In this document: positions 30,312 to 40,162 of the stretch, piece after piece
Numbering within the stretch: the first letter of the stretch is position 1
How the letters are laid out: the number at the start of each line of letters is the position of its first letter
IMG/VR virus record: IMGVR_UViG_3300003177_000017
Coordinates: 7,165 to 71,164 of that record
DNA from: a virus
Direction: 5' to 3' (one strand)
DNA length: 64,000 nucleotides
Translations under genes and position numbers: made by a program
Notes under the pieces: generated by a model
Database searches by the model: none
Told to the model about the DNA's origin: nothing
The model's input: only the letters and a program-made list of their open reading frames with translations

Positions 30312-31158
30312 GTTATTCTCCTACACTAAGTTTAGCTTTTATAGCTGGATACGGATCATAGTTATACAGTTTAAAATCTTTTGCAGTAAATGTCAATAAT
30401 TCATCTAAAGTATCAAACTCAGGCAGAACTAAATCTGGTAAAGCTCTTGGTTCTCTTGATAATATTTCCTCTACTTGATTGATATGATTTGAATAAATAT
30501 GGGTATCTCCAAATGTTCCTGTTAATGTTCCAGCTTCATACCCAGTAAGTTTAGCTAATATCATTAATATAAAACTATATGATGCTATATTGTAAGGCAA
30601 CCCTAAGAAACAATCAACAGATCTTTGTACCCATTTTAAATCCATCACCCCGTCTTGAATATATAACTGGAACATCACATGACATGGCATTAAAGCAGCA
30701 GAATTATCTCGTTGTACTATTGGGTTCCATGAATTTACAATATGATACCTTGACATAGGATCTTCTTTAATTGATTTAATTACATTTTGTATCTGATCAA
30801 CTCCTTGATTGTTATAATTTCTCCATTGGTTCCCATACAGCGCACCTAAGTCAGCATTTCCTTCACCGCCCCAACGTTCTGCATCATTGGTCCAAATAGT
30901 CCAAGCATCTTCTTTAAGATCGGAATAATGTTTTAAATCATCTAAGTTTGTGCTACCGGATAAAAACCATAATGCTTCCCCAATTATATTACTAAGTTTT
31001 AATTTCTTAGTAGTTAATAAAGGAAATCCTTCAGGTAACTCATGCGTTATATTCACATCAAATAATCCTACAACCTTACCTGTTCTAGTCTCTCGTACAG
31101 AACCAAATCCCAATACATCATACAATACATCTAAATACTCGTGCATGTTATTCTCCTA
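30309..31158 (-). repeat. 15-bp direct repeat flanking thyA
   Basis: catgttattctccta at 30309-30323 and 31144-31158 (TAGGAGAATAACATG on minus strand). Confidence 0.85.
30313..31146 (-). CDS. thyA: Thymidylate synthase
   Basis: RTG, FPLLTTKK, YG.QWR, LMPCH, QRSVD.FLGLPYN, D.HIY. Confidence 0.97.
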   Translation of the reverse strand: MHEYLDVLYDVLGFGSVRETRTGKVVGLFDVNITHELPEGFPLLTTKKLKLSNIIGEALWFLSGSTNLDDLKHYSDLKEDAWTIWTNDAERWGGEGNADLGALYGNQWRNYNNQGVDQIQNVIKSIKEDPMSRYHIVNSWNPIVQRDNSAALMPCHVMFQLYIQDGVMDLKWVQRSVDCFLGLPYNIASYSFILMILAKLTGYEAGTLTGTFGDTHIYSNHINQVEEILSREPRALPDLVLPEFDTLDELLTFTAKDFKLYNYDPYPAIKAKLSVGE

Positions 31159-31771
31159 TTTTTTGAATTAATTGATAATGTGCATATTGCAGTTGCATTA
31201 TATCTCTTGCGCAATCACATTTACTATCATGCTTGATCATATTAGGAATGTCAATCATATTATTCAAATATCCTCTATTTTTATGTGTTGGATCTATATG
31301 ACACCCAATAGAATCAATGGCTGTTCTAATATCTCTATGACTCCAATAAGGAATAGGATTAACCTCACCATAACTTTGATATAAACTATCAAGTATACTG
31401 AAATCAAAAGAATTTCCTCTACTCCAAGCATGTGCATCTGACTTAGAACTTAAATCATATTGTTGTTGTTCTAAATATTTATAAAACATAGAAAACAAAT
31501 CTTTTGGATTTATATCTTTTTCATTAGGTTTTACCATTAAATCAAAAGCTTCTTTGTTCTCTTTTTTCTTCCAAAATTCTATAGTTGATGTTGATGTTGT
31601 TCTTCCACAAGATAATTGAGATTTCCAATCCAATTTAACATCGAAAGCTTTTTTTACTAATTCATTAAACGGGATCATATCACTAGGATCAAAAACAATA
31701 CAAGTGAAGTTAGTAACTGCTGCGGTAGGTGTAGTATCTAAAGTTTCTAAATCTATAATTAAGTTTTTCAT
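31148..31771 (-). CDS. dexA: 3'-5' exonuclease DexA-like
   Basis: IDLETL, WSRG.SFD, RDIRT, HDS..DCARD; upstream of dda-thyA. Confidence 0.88.
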   Translation of the reverse strand: MKNLIIDLETLDTTPTAAVTNFTCIVFDPSDMIPFNELVKKAFDVKLDWKSQLSCGRTTSTSTIEFWKKKENKEAFDLMVKPNEKDINPKDLFSMFYKYLEQQQYDLSSKSDAHAWSRGNSFDFSILDSLYQSYGEVNPIPYWSHRDIRTAIDSIGCHIDPTHKNRGYLNNMIDIPNMIKHDSKCDCARDIMQLQYAHYQLIQKIGE

Positions 31772-31777
31772 ATATTC

Positions 31778-33115
31778 CTATTTACAAAAGTGTGTGGCAA
31801 TTGATGATCTTGTTATTGCAGTATATAACATTTTCTTTATATTAGCACTAATTTCAAAAGCTAAGAAGTTAGGGGTGTAAATAAATGTATGATCAAAAGT
31901 AGATCCTTGAGCCTTATGTGCTGTCATACAATATATATGTTTAAATGGATCAAACATTTTTTTTAATCCCTTTGGAATATCTTTTTTAGCTAATTTAGCA
32001 TAAGACACCACAGTATTGTTATAATATTCTAATGATGTAGTTTTAATAACAACTACATCATGTAAGGTTCCGTCTAATTTAGATTTTATAGACATATCCC
32101 AAGTATCTACACCGCTAGGAATAAGTGGATCTTCTTTATAGCCATCGCATATAGACATGATCTCAAATTCTTCCGCATTTTTATATGTCTCAGTGCCGCT
32201 TTGAGCTACTATAATTTCCCCGACAATATATTCATCTACATTACCGTAAATTGCTTTTCTTATAGCTGTATTAATTTCCTCAACTCCCATGATCTCTTTG
32301 TTATTATGAGTTATTTTTTTATTAGTATAACATATACATCTACAAAAATCTGGATCAGCTTTGAAATTATATGATTTGAAATATGCAACTAAGGTGTTAA
32401 CAAAATCAATAGGGGTGTGATTAAATACCCCATGTCCATTTTTATCTACATTATGAACAATATTTGGGATCATAGGACTAACATCATCTTGACTTTCCCT
32501 GAATTTAGTTGCCAATGCAATTATAGGGTTATCTAACGCACATCTAACAACCTCAGTAAGATTTGACTGTTTTTTAATTTCAGTAAATACCCTAGAGTCC
32601 TCTGGAGTAGAATTATAATCTGAATTTACTGGTTGTATTTGGCATACATCACCAATAAAGATCACAGTCTTAGAATCACAATCTTTAATATATTCAAATA
32701 GATCATCACCAATCATAGAAGCTTCATCTATGAATAAAATATCATAACTGTATTTAGACTTGAATTTGTCTTGTACACAAATTTCTCGTTCTCCCCGTTG
32801 TACTAATTTTAAACCAAGTGCAGAATGAATTGTTCTTGCATCAATCCTATGGTTGATCCCTTGTTCATTAGCCATACTTTCAATAACTTTAACTGCTTTA
32901 TGGGTTGTACCGGTAAGTCCTATACTTGTAGCCATAGGTAATGATTTAATTATATCTACAGTTACTGTAGATTTACCTGAGCCAGCAACACCATTCAGTG
33001 TATGAAACCTATCTTCCTGAGTTAGTTTAGATTGATTTATTGTATCGAGTATTTCTTGCTTAACCTTTTGTTGGGCTTCAGTTAGTTTAATACTAGGTTT
33101 TTTTTGTGTATTGAT
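31778..33115 (-). CDS. dda: Dda-like SF1B helicase; true start upstream of called ATG (probable ATC start at 33115)
   Basis: Frame open 60 codons upstream of ATG 32935 and contains Walker A GVAGSGKS; DEASM, GD..Q, TAHKAQGST, YTAITR. Confidence 0.88.
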   Translation of the reverse strand: MNTQKKPSIKLTEAQQKVKQEILDTINQSKLTQEDRFHTLNGVAGSGKSTVTVDIIKSLPMATSIGLTGTTHKAVKVIESMANEQGINHRIDARTIHSALGLKLVQRGEREICVQDKFKSKYSYDILFIDEASMIGDDLFEYIKDCDSKTVIFIGDVCQIQPVNSDYNSTPEDSRVFTEIKKQSNLTEVVRCALDNPIIALATKFRESQDDVSPMIPNIVHNVDKNGHGVFNHTPIDFVNTLVAYFKSYNFKADPDFCRCICYTNKKITHNNKEIMGVEEINTAIRKAIYGNVDEYIVGEIIVAQSGTETYKNAEEFEIMSICDGYKEDPLIPSGVDTWDMSIKSKLDGTLHDVVVIKTTSLEYYNNTVVSYAKLAKKDIPKGLKKMFDPFKHIYCMTAHKAQGSTFDHTFIYTPNFLAFEISANIKKMLYTAITRSSIATHFCK

Positions 33116-33124
33116 AATATTCTC

Positions 33125-34030
33125 CTATATTCCTACGTATTCTATTGCATCATGGGCTGAATCGTATAATTTTTTATCGTTGTAAAAACTACCATCTAAA
33201 TCATCCAATTGTCTAGCCATTTGTACAAGTTCGTCAATTGATAACGGATAGTTTATTCGTTTGGCATTATAACACACTTTAACCATAAATTTATATAATG
33301 CTAAGTGATGTTCTCCTGCTAAAGTTAACTGATATTCTTCAATCATGCGATCATAACAAAACGGGCATTTCTTGGCTTGTATATTAAAACATGGTATTTT
33401 TTTAGTTTTTAAATAAATTTTTCTTTTTAGACCACTAAGTTTATTTTTTTGTTGATACTTTTGTTCTTCTGCTGGTGACGGAAATTCTGAGATTAGTTCT
33501 TCCCAATTTAACTTTTCTCCATCAGATGACATAAATATATGATAGTAGTTGTCTTTATTATCATACATCGCTGGTATATACATTAGTCTTGATTTATCTT
33601 TAGTTTGTTTATCTACTACATTACCAAGTTTTTCATTAATTGCATACCATAATTGTGATAGCACTTCTTTAGATGCAAATTTATGTAATTCAAAAATTAC
33701 CCTGATCTTTATATGATCTTTAGTGCAACTAGGAGATGAATAAATTAAACAATTATAATTTAGTTTAATTTTATTAATATCATCAAGACTAATGCCAGAG
33801 TCAATATCAAGCATCACTATATCCCACCCTAAAACGTTCTCATTAGCCCGTTTAGTGTTAGGTGCATATATAGCACTAGAAATCATTCCTTGCTCGCTAT
33901 ATTCCCCTTTAGCCGGCTTATGCCCTTTTACTTGTGATATAGTTTTCATGGTTTTAATAAAATTATTCCAAGACATTTCTGCTTGCTGTGGTGTGTTACT
34001 AAAGTTAGAATTAAAGAAACTAAATTTCAT
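33125..34030 (-). CDS. AEP-superfamily primase (PrimPol-like) with helical C-terminal domain
   Basis: LDID, YSSPS..K.RV, D...KD.SR..Y.P motifs; no Toprim or zinc-finger features of DnaG-type gp61. Confidence 0.7.
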   Translation of the reverse strand: MKFSFFNSNFSNTPQQAEMSWNNFIKTMKTISQVKGHKPAKGEYSEQGMISSAIYAPNTKRANENVLGWDIVMLDIDSGISLDDINKIKLNYNCLIYSSPSCTKDHIKIRVIFELHKFASKEVLSQLWYAINEKLGNVVDKQTKDKSRLMYIPAMYDNKDNYYHIFMSSDGEKLNWEELISEFPSPAEEQKYQQKNKLSGLKRKIYLKTKKIPCFNIQAKKCPFCYDRMIEEYQLTLAGEHHLALYKFMVKVCYNAKRINYPLSIDELVQMARQLDDLDGSFYNDKKLYDSAHDAIEYVGI

Positions 34031-34452
34031 TATGCACCAGCCTCAAACAGTCTTAGTTCTAATATGGTTCTAAGATGATTGTTCCTGAATTTTAAAGAAT
34101 CAACCATTGTGCTTATGCTCTCAATAGCAGCTTCCATAGCAGATATACGTTCTTTTTGTTCACAAAGGGTATCATCTGACTCTAAGTAAATACTTAGTTG
34201 CTTTGCATTGTTACACATATAATCGAAGGGTTCATTTTTATACGACTCTGCTTCTCCTTGATAGAACTGCATACGAATACGAGTTAATTTATATAACTCA
34301 GATTTTTGTTTTTCTAAATAACATTTATAATCATAGCTATATTTAATATATTTTGATAACAACTTAACCGACCGATGTATCTCCATCTCTAAATCATTTG
34401 ATAATATTGAATCTTGTTTTATTTGTTCCAACAATTGTACAATAGTGATCAT
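34030..34452 (-). CDS. uvsY: Recombination mediator UvsY
   Basis: 140 aa, KY..Y, FY.G, Y..SD, C-terminal FEAG; adjacent to uvsW. Confidence 0.85.
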   Translation of the reverse strand: MITIVQLLEQIKQDSILSNDLEMEIHRSVKLLSKYIKYSYDYKCYLEKQKSELYKLTRIRMQFYQGEAESYKNEPFDYMCNNAKQLSIYLESDDTLCEQKERISAMEAAIESISTMVDSLKFRNNHLRTILELRLFEAGA

Positions 34453-35984
34453 AATTCCTCCATATTAACATGCTTAATATTAAGTGTAAATTGCTGCTGA
34501 TTATAGTATTCTGTTCTTGCTAACCCGTGTTCAAACACATAATTCTTATAAGCTCCTATACAATAATCATCAACTATATCATAAAATGTAACATTGTTGT
34601 CAAATTTACTCAATCTCAATAATCTTCCCACTGATTGCAGAACCTTTACTTTAGATTTTGATGGATGTGCTAATATTAAATTATTTAGTCTTTTTATACT
34701 GATCCCTGTGCTTATTGTACCAATAGAACCGACTATAATAGAGCCATCTTCTATTTCCATTGATTTTCTTATTTCCTCTCTTGTTTCTTTATCAACTGAT
34801 CCATTATACAAATATACTTTACGATTGGTATCCTTTAGCATTTTAACTAGAACTTCACCATGTTCAATTTTATGGATCATCACAATAGTATTGCCTGTTA
34901 AAGAATTGGCAAGATCTACTAGGTACTGATTTCTTAATTCTGACTCAGTTATATATTTAATTTCTTCTACATAATCAGCTTTTTTTCTAACATTTTTTCC
35001 TTTGTCATCTATTCCCCTAATAGCAGATCTAAGGAACTTACACTCTTGTTCTGAGTATTTTAATATTTGTGCTTCTATTACTAAATTAGCTATCCTAGAA
35101 TCATCCATTAATTCTTTAGTTGATATAACATTAAAAACTTCTCCAAACAACCCAACTAATGACATTTCATTACTTTTCGATTCAGATAAAGTACCAGTAA
35201 GTCCTATTCTTACATTAGCATTAACAGATTTATTAATTATATCAGTTAAAGATTTTGCTGCTGCGGTATGAACTTCATCGTTAATAATAACTTTAAATTC
35301 TTCAAAAAAAGAATTCAAGGGTTTAGTTTTACTATTAGACATAGACTGATATGTAGTTAATACAATTTGTTTATCTTCTTCTAGTTTTCCCTTAGACATC
35401 TTAGTAATATAATCATCTGGGTTCCAATCTATATCAGAACTATAATCCCTAAAATCTGAGTGTAATTGAGTTACTAACCCAACATTAGGAACCATAATTA
35501 AAAATCGTTCATTTGGGTACATTTTTAAGTACACTTGGATCAACAAATATATAACAAGACTTTTTCCCGATGAAGTTGGGCTTAACAAAATAGCACGTTG
35601 TTGTTCCAGTGCATAATGCGTGGCTTCTAATTGATACAAGTAAGGAGTTATTCTTTCACCCCCAGAACATACACTCAGACTATCTACAAACGATTCTAAG
35701 CGATGTTCATCTAACTTCAATGCAGTTATTGCAGGGTCAATAAAAAATGTCTTATTATGCAGCTCACAGGCTTCTATGACTCTTTTATATAATCCTAACG
35801 GAAGTATACCATTAGCTGTCATAAGATATAACCGACCATCCCATTGTTTATTTTTAAAAGCTGGATGAAATCTATAATTATCTGCCATAAAACTAAATTT
35901 TTCTCTAAGTAATATAACGAAATCGAAATCATTAGTATCAATTTGAATTTTAGACTCATTAATTTTCCTGATCACAATATTCAT
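34449..35984 (-). CDS. uvsW: SF2 helicase UvsW
   Basis: F.PAFK...WDG, SPTSSGKS, DEVH, GLTGT, STGISIK.L, LQSVGR.LR. Confidence 0.93.
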   Translation of the reverse strand: MNIVIRKINESKIQIDTNDFDFVILLREKFSFMADNYRFHPAFKNKQWDGRLYLMTANGILPLGLYKRVIEACELHNKTFFIDPAITALKLDEHRLESFVDSLSVCSGGERITPYLYQLEATHYALEQQRAILLSPTSSGKSLVIYLLIQVYLKMYPNERFLIMVPNVGLVTQLHSDFRDYSSDIDWNPDDYITKMSKGKLEEDKQIVLTTYQSMSNSKTKPLNSFFEEFKVIINDEVHTAAAKSLTDIINKSVNANVRIGLTGTLSESKSNEMSLVGLFGEVFNVISTKELMDDSRIANLVIEAQILKYSEQECKFLRSAIRGIDDKGKNVRKKADYVEEIKYITESELRNQYLVDLANSLTGNTIVMIHKIEHGEVLVKMLKDTNRKVYLYNGSVDKETREEIRKSMEIEDGSIIVGSIGTISTGISIKRLNNLILAHPSKSKVKVLQSVGRLLRLSKFDNNVTFYDIVDDYCIGAYKNYVFEHGLARTEYYNQQQFTLNIKHVNMEEL

Positions 35985-36280
35985 TATCGCTCACTTTTGT
36001 TTAATCTACCTTTAAGTTCACTGTATTTTAACCACCGTTCAACTTTTTCCATTTTGTTAAGAATTGAATTGTCATCAACTATATTTTCTATACTGCGGTT
36101 AAACAGCATTTCGATACTAGCAACCAAGCCATTAATCTCTCGTAATAAACCTACCTCATTAGACTCATTGATAGATAAATTAAACCCGTCAATTCCAAAT
36201 CTTAATGCCTCACAGCATAATTTTTGGACTTCTGAGCATTCCTCGGCAACTATTGTTAATAAATGATCTTGTTTATTCAT
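35984..36280 (-). CDS. MazG-like all-alpha NTP pyrophosphatase fold protein
   Basis: AEECSEV...LRFG...EIN.L. Confidence 0.55.
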   Translation of the reverse strand: MNKQDHLLTIVAEECSEVQKLCCEALRFGIDGFNLSINESNEVGLLREINGLVASIEMLFNRSIENIVDDNSILNKMEKVERWLKYSELKGRLNKSER

Positions 36281-36471
36281 TAGTATTCCTCAAAAAGTGA
36301 TATTATAAATATTAATACAAATAAAATTACTGCGATGTAATAATCTCTGTATTCAATAAATGCAGGAAAAACTTTTAATGTATCTACTATAAAAATAGAT
36401 ATTATCAAAAACACTACTACAGATAATGCTTGTAATATACTTAATGCTATGTTTATGGTCCAAGTTTTCAT
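36280..36471 (-). CDS. Small two-TM protein
   Basis: Two hydrophobic segments. Confidence 0.55.
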   Translation of the reverse strand: MKTWTINIALSILQALSVVVFLIISIFIVDTLKVFPAFIEYRDYYIAVILFVLIFIISLFEEY

Positions 36472-36484
36472 GTTATGTCCTCAG

Positions 36485-37411
36485 TTAAAGTAAAGGTAAT
36501 AGATCTTTTTTTAACAATGTAGCTACATCTTTTGATATAAATTTGTGAATGTTTTTCAAACCATCAATTTTTTTGTAATTTTCTGGTATTACTTCATCTT
36601 GTATTAGATCTTCAATGACATCTTTACAGTATAAACCTAATACCGAACCAAAATCTTTTTGATCTAGTTCACCAACTCCGCCTAGTTTTGATATTACTGA
36701 TAGCAATCTATTAGAAGTAATATAATTACCAAAATCAACAGAGCATTGCATAACATGTTTAACTTTCTTTTTTATTTCAGAGAATTTTTCATTTTTATTT
36801 TTAATGATAAGAATGTTGTTATTATGATCTACACAATGCTGATAATGCCCTTTAATTACTACACCTTCCATTATAGAACCAGATTTACTTATTTTTGTCG
36901 ATGTGTCGTTTTTGTACATCAAACAATCGTTTAATTTACCAGAATAAAGAATTGGTGCTGTATCAAACCCAGTACAACAAAACAATTCATACGCTTCTTT
37001 GGGTGAGTAAAAGGTCAAACTTCCATCTTTACGCAAGATAGCTAAATCAAACGCATAGAATTCAACTTCATTATTATATTTTACTCTACCATTTATTTTT
37101 TCGCCTATCAATTCACCATAAATAATTATTTGCTCCAAATCAGGCATACGACCATTTAGTAAAGACCAAATTAATTTTATTCTTTCTTTGTGTGCGTCAA
37201 TAACAGATTGGCAATTATAAAATACACCGTCAATAAATTGTGTTCTTGATCCAAATTTAATATTTTCATCACTGTTCATATACATACTAAAATTAGCGCC
37301 ATCTAATTTTTCAAAACAACAAAATATTTTATTTACATAATGCAATTCTACATAATTTATAGTTCTTTCTCTATATGAATTAACTAAACTTGGATATTTA
37401 AAAAATTTCAT
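36485..37411 (-). CDS. RNA ligase 2 (Rnl2 family)
   Basis: F.KY.SL.N, EKLDGANFS, YGEL, FYAFD, EGVVIK, K.KN..F.E. Confidence 0.92.
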   Translation of the reverse strand: MKFFKYPSLVNSYRERTINYVELHYVNKIFCCFEKLDGANFSMYMNSDENIKFGSRTQFIDGVFYNCQSVIDAHKERIKLIWSLLNGRMPDLEQIIIYGELIGEKINGRVKYNNEVEFYAFDLAILRKDGSLTFYSPKEAYELFCCTGFDTAPILYSGKLNDCLMYKNDTSTKISKSGSIMEGVVIKGHYQHCVDHNNNILIIKNKNEKFSEIKKKVKHVMQCSVDFGNYITSNRLLSVISKLGGVGELDQKDFGSVLGLYCKDVIEDLIQDEVIPENYKKIDGLKNIHKFISKDVATLLKKDLLPLL

Positions 37412-38019
37412 TATCTCTCCGATGCTATATAAAAAGTTATTTTAGGTTCTTTGCTTTTAAACACAACAACCCCTGATGTCGATATATTAACAGTGTAGTC
37501 AGTCAAGATCAAGTTTAATTTATTTTTAATTGAATGTTTTATGTATATTTCAAAATCTTGATCTGATTTTTGATGAAGATTAATGTAAATGTTATTATTT
37601 TCTGAACATAATAATATATCTTCTGTTTTATTAGCAGCACTTGCTCTAATGATCTTATCAAATGAATTACTAGGTAAATCAAATTTGTGTTTAATATCCA
37701 ACTCTCCTAATTTTCGATCAAGATAACATAAATCTTCTTTATTGGATTGTCGATATGTAGATCTTGCTTCTTTATCTTCTATAATAATATTAGTTTCGTT
37801 AAAAGTTAGAATTGGATCATCAAATAAAGATAATTGTCTTAGAAAATTTTTAAGATCATGTAAAGCAAAAGGTTCCAATTCTGTATCTACTTCTGCTACC
37901 ATTAACCTATTTCTATCTGGGTTTATTGATGATATTACCTGTCCTTTCTCGACAACTAAATGATTGCTGATCTTGGCACAATGAGTTAATATATCATAAA
38001 CTTCTTGGGTTAATTTCAT
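37411..38019 (-). CDS. Sliding clamp (T4 gp45-like)
   Basis: MKL.......L....I, F...DL..FL..LSLF.DP, Y.V.IS, YIA.E. Confidence 0.85.
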   Translation of the reverse strand: MKLTQEVYDILTHCAKISNHLVVEKGQVISSINPDRNRLMVAEVDTELEPFALHDLKNFLRQLSLFDDPILTFNETNIIIEDKEARSTYRQSNKEDLCYLDRKLGELDIKHKFDLPSNSFDKIIRASAANKTEDILLCSENNNIYINLHQKSDQDFEIYIKHSIKNKLNLILTDYTVNISTSGVVVFKSKEPKITFYIASER

Positions 38020-38740
38020 TGGTTATCCTTTTTTCTGCTATATTAAAATAATTTTCATCTAACTCTATACCAATAAATTTACGATTCAGATTTTTACAAG
38101 CTACTCCAGTTGTTCCAGATCCCATACAAAAATCCAAAACAGTTTCACTTTCGTTTGTATAAGTTTTAATTAAGTACTCCATTAGTGCTACGGGTTTTTG
38201 TGTTGGGTGTAATGATTTTCCTTTATCCCCAAAGCATCCTCTAAATAAAAGTGTTTCATTTGGATAACTCATATCAACCGGTATCTGTCTAACTGACTCT
38301 GCAGTCATACTTCCGTAATTGTCTGCTTGTTTTCTGTTTGTAGTTGGCGGTCTAATATTTTTAGGCAATTTTTTAGTTAATTGGGGATTATATAAACATT
38401 GTTTTTTATAAAAAACACTTATAATCTCATTCCTTCTCATTGGCATTCTTTTGGCATTAAGATGGTTAGTTGCTTTATCTTTTTGCCATACCCAATCATA
38501 CTTAAATTGCTTTAAATTACTAACACGTAATAAACTAGAAAAAGGTTCAGCCCCAAAAATTACAATAGCACCATTAGGTTTAATAATACGTTTTAGTTGT
38601 ACCCACATAGGTTCAAATGGTATTATAGAATCCCATTTACAAGCGGTAGTGCCATAAGGTGGATCAGTCAATATCATATCAACACTACCAGAGGGTATTT
38701 CTTTCATTAATTCTAAACAATCACCTTTCATTAATTTCAT
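37994..38740 (-). CDS. DNA N6-adenine/N4-cytosine methyltransferase (beta class)
   Basis: GDCLE, TDPPYG, HPTQKP, VLDFCMGSGTT, FIGIE. Confidence 0.95.
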   Translation of the reverse strand: MKLMKGDCLELMKEIPSGSVDMILTDPPYGTTACKWDSIIPFEPMWVQLKRIIKPNGAIVIFGAEPFSSLLRVSNLKQFKYDWVWQKDKATNHLNAKRMPMRRNEIISVFYKKQCLYNPQLTKKLPKNIRPPTTNRKQADNYGSMTAESVRQIPVDMSYPNETLLFRGCFGDKGKSLHPTQKPVALMEYLIKTYTNESETVLDFCMGSGTTGVACKNLNRKFIGIELDENYFNIAEKRITNEINPRSL

Positions 38741-38752
38741 TGGTTATCCTTT
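38010..38752 (-). repeat. 22-bp direct repeat flanking the MTase gene
   Basis: ttaatttcattggttatccttt at 38010-38031 and 38731-38752. Confidence 0.92.
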
Positions 38753-39645
38753 AATTTAGATGGATAAAAATCAGAACAACATTTCGCTAACAAATACATT
38801 TTGTGTTTTTGTAAATATTGTAATGTTTTTCCATCTGAATTCAATCCATGTTTTTTGTTAAACTCTGATTTTATTTGGTTAACTAAAATATTCGGTTGGT
38901 TATTGATCCCTATCAGTTTCCAATTTCTTAGATAATTTTTAGTGTAACCTAATTCTTCCAATTTATCTCTTAACACATTTGTATTATAACAGATCCACAG
39001 TTCATCTTTTAGTTTTTGTGTTACAGCTGGCGAGCGCAAAGGTTTAATACCTTTTTCTTTATCCTGTTGTTGTTTCTTAAAAAAATCATCACTACATTTA
39101 ATATTAGGAACACCATCAACTTTATCTCCTGATATAATTAACTCGAACTCGAACCTAATTGAATCGTCTACAGAAAACATACTTTTAGCATAAGGTCTAT
39201 ACATATCAACTGATAAATTTTTAGTACAAGCAACTAAATCTTTATCGTTAGAAATAATTAAAGTTTTTTCTTTGATGTCTTTAGTTAAAACTCCAATAAT
39301 ATCATCTGCTTCTGCTCCTTGTGTTTGCACTGTTTGATAAGGAAAGTTGTTTGTAATATCTTTCTGAATATCAGTAAAATATTTCATGATCTGTCCCCAA
39401 TCTAATTTAGAGTCATCTTTAGCGTTTTTTCTTACCCATTTATATTCAGGAAATACATCTTGCCTCCAAGAATGACTATCAAAACAAATAACCATATTAC
39501 CATAACTATGTCTAAATTTAGCATTATATGATCTGATCATATTTAAAATTATATGCTGAATTTGTGAGAAATCAGGTTCTTTGTTATCTTTTAAATCTGC
39601 ATGTAAAGCGGCAAAAAATGTTCCACTTGCATCAAGTAATATCAT
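38737..39645 (-). CDS. rnh: RNase H / 5'-3' exonuclease (T4 rnh-like)
   Basis: ICFD..SWR...P.YK..RK, EADDIIG, IISNDKD, GDK.DGVPNI. Confidence 0.92.
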   Translation of the reverse strand: MILLDASGTFFAALHADLKDNKEPDFSQIQHIILNMIRSYNAKFRHSYGNMVICFDSHSWRQDVFPEYKWVRKNAKDDSKLDWGQIMKYFTDIQKDITNNFPYQTVQTQGAEADDIIGVLTKDIKEKTLIISNDKDLVACTKNLSVDMYRPYAKSMFSVDDSIRFEFELIISGDKVDGVPNIKCSDDFFKKQQQDKEKGIKPLRSPAVTQKLKDELWICYNTNVLRDKLEELGYTKNYLRNWKLIGINNQPNILVNQIKSEFNKKHGLNSDGKTLQYLQKHKMYLLAKCCSDFYPSKLKDNQ

Positions 39646-40162
39646 AACATCTCCTTTCTTTTAATAATTTATGAAAATCTACAGGTTTATAATCTGTGTG
39701 TTCAACACAGACGTTGATATATCTTTTGTCATAATAATGGATTAGATCGAATCCACGCAACATTACCAATTTGTCATGTAGATGTCCATGTATGTTATGT
39801 GAACGTCCTCTAAGCTCTTGTTCATGTATAGGACAATGACTTAACCAAACTCCCTTTAAACTGTATAATGCTTTTACATCATCATACACGTCCACTAGAT
39901 CTCTCATTTTTATTCCATGTTCTAAATCATGGTTCCCACATATCAATAATTTTTTTGTACATCTTATAGATTTGATTTTTTGCAACCACTCTTTACTAAA
40001 TGCTATATCTCCTAATAATATCAAAGAATCGCGTTTATTTACATTTGATGCTAAATTATCAAATATTATGTTATGATGTTCCTCTGGAGAACTAAAATTT
40101 GTTCTGTACTTACAGATATTACGGTGTCCTAAGTGTAGATCGGACGAAATTAATAAGCTCAT
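39632..40162 (-). CDS. Calcineurin-like metallophosphoesterase
   Basis: SDLHLGH, LGD, GNHD, SHCP, HGHLH. Confidence 0.9.
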   Translation of the reverse strand: MSLLISSDLHLGHRNICKYRTNFSSPEEHHNIIFDNLASNVNKRDSLILLGDIAFSKEWLQKIKSIRCTKKLLICGNHDLEHGIKMRDLVDVYDDVKALYSLKGVWLSHCPIHEQELRGRSHNIHGHLHDKLVMLRGFDLIHYYDKRYINVCVEHTDYKPVDFHKLLKERRCYDIT

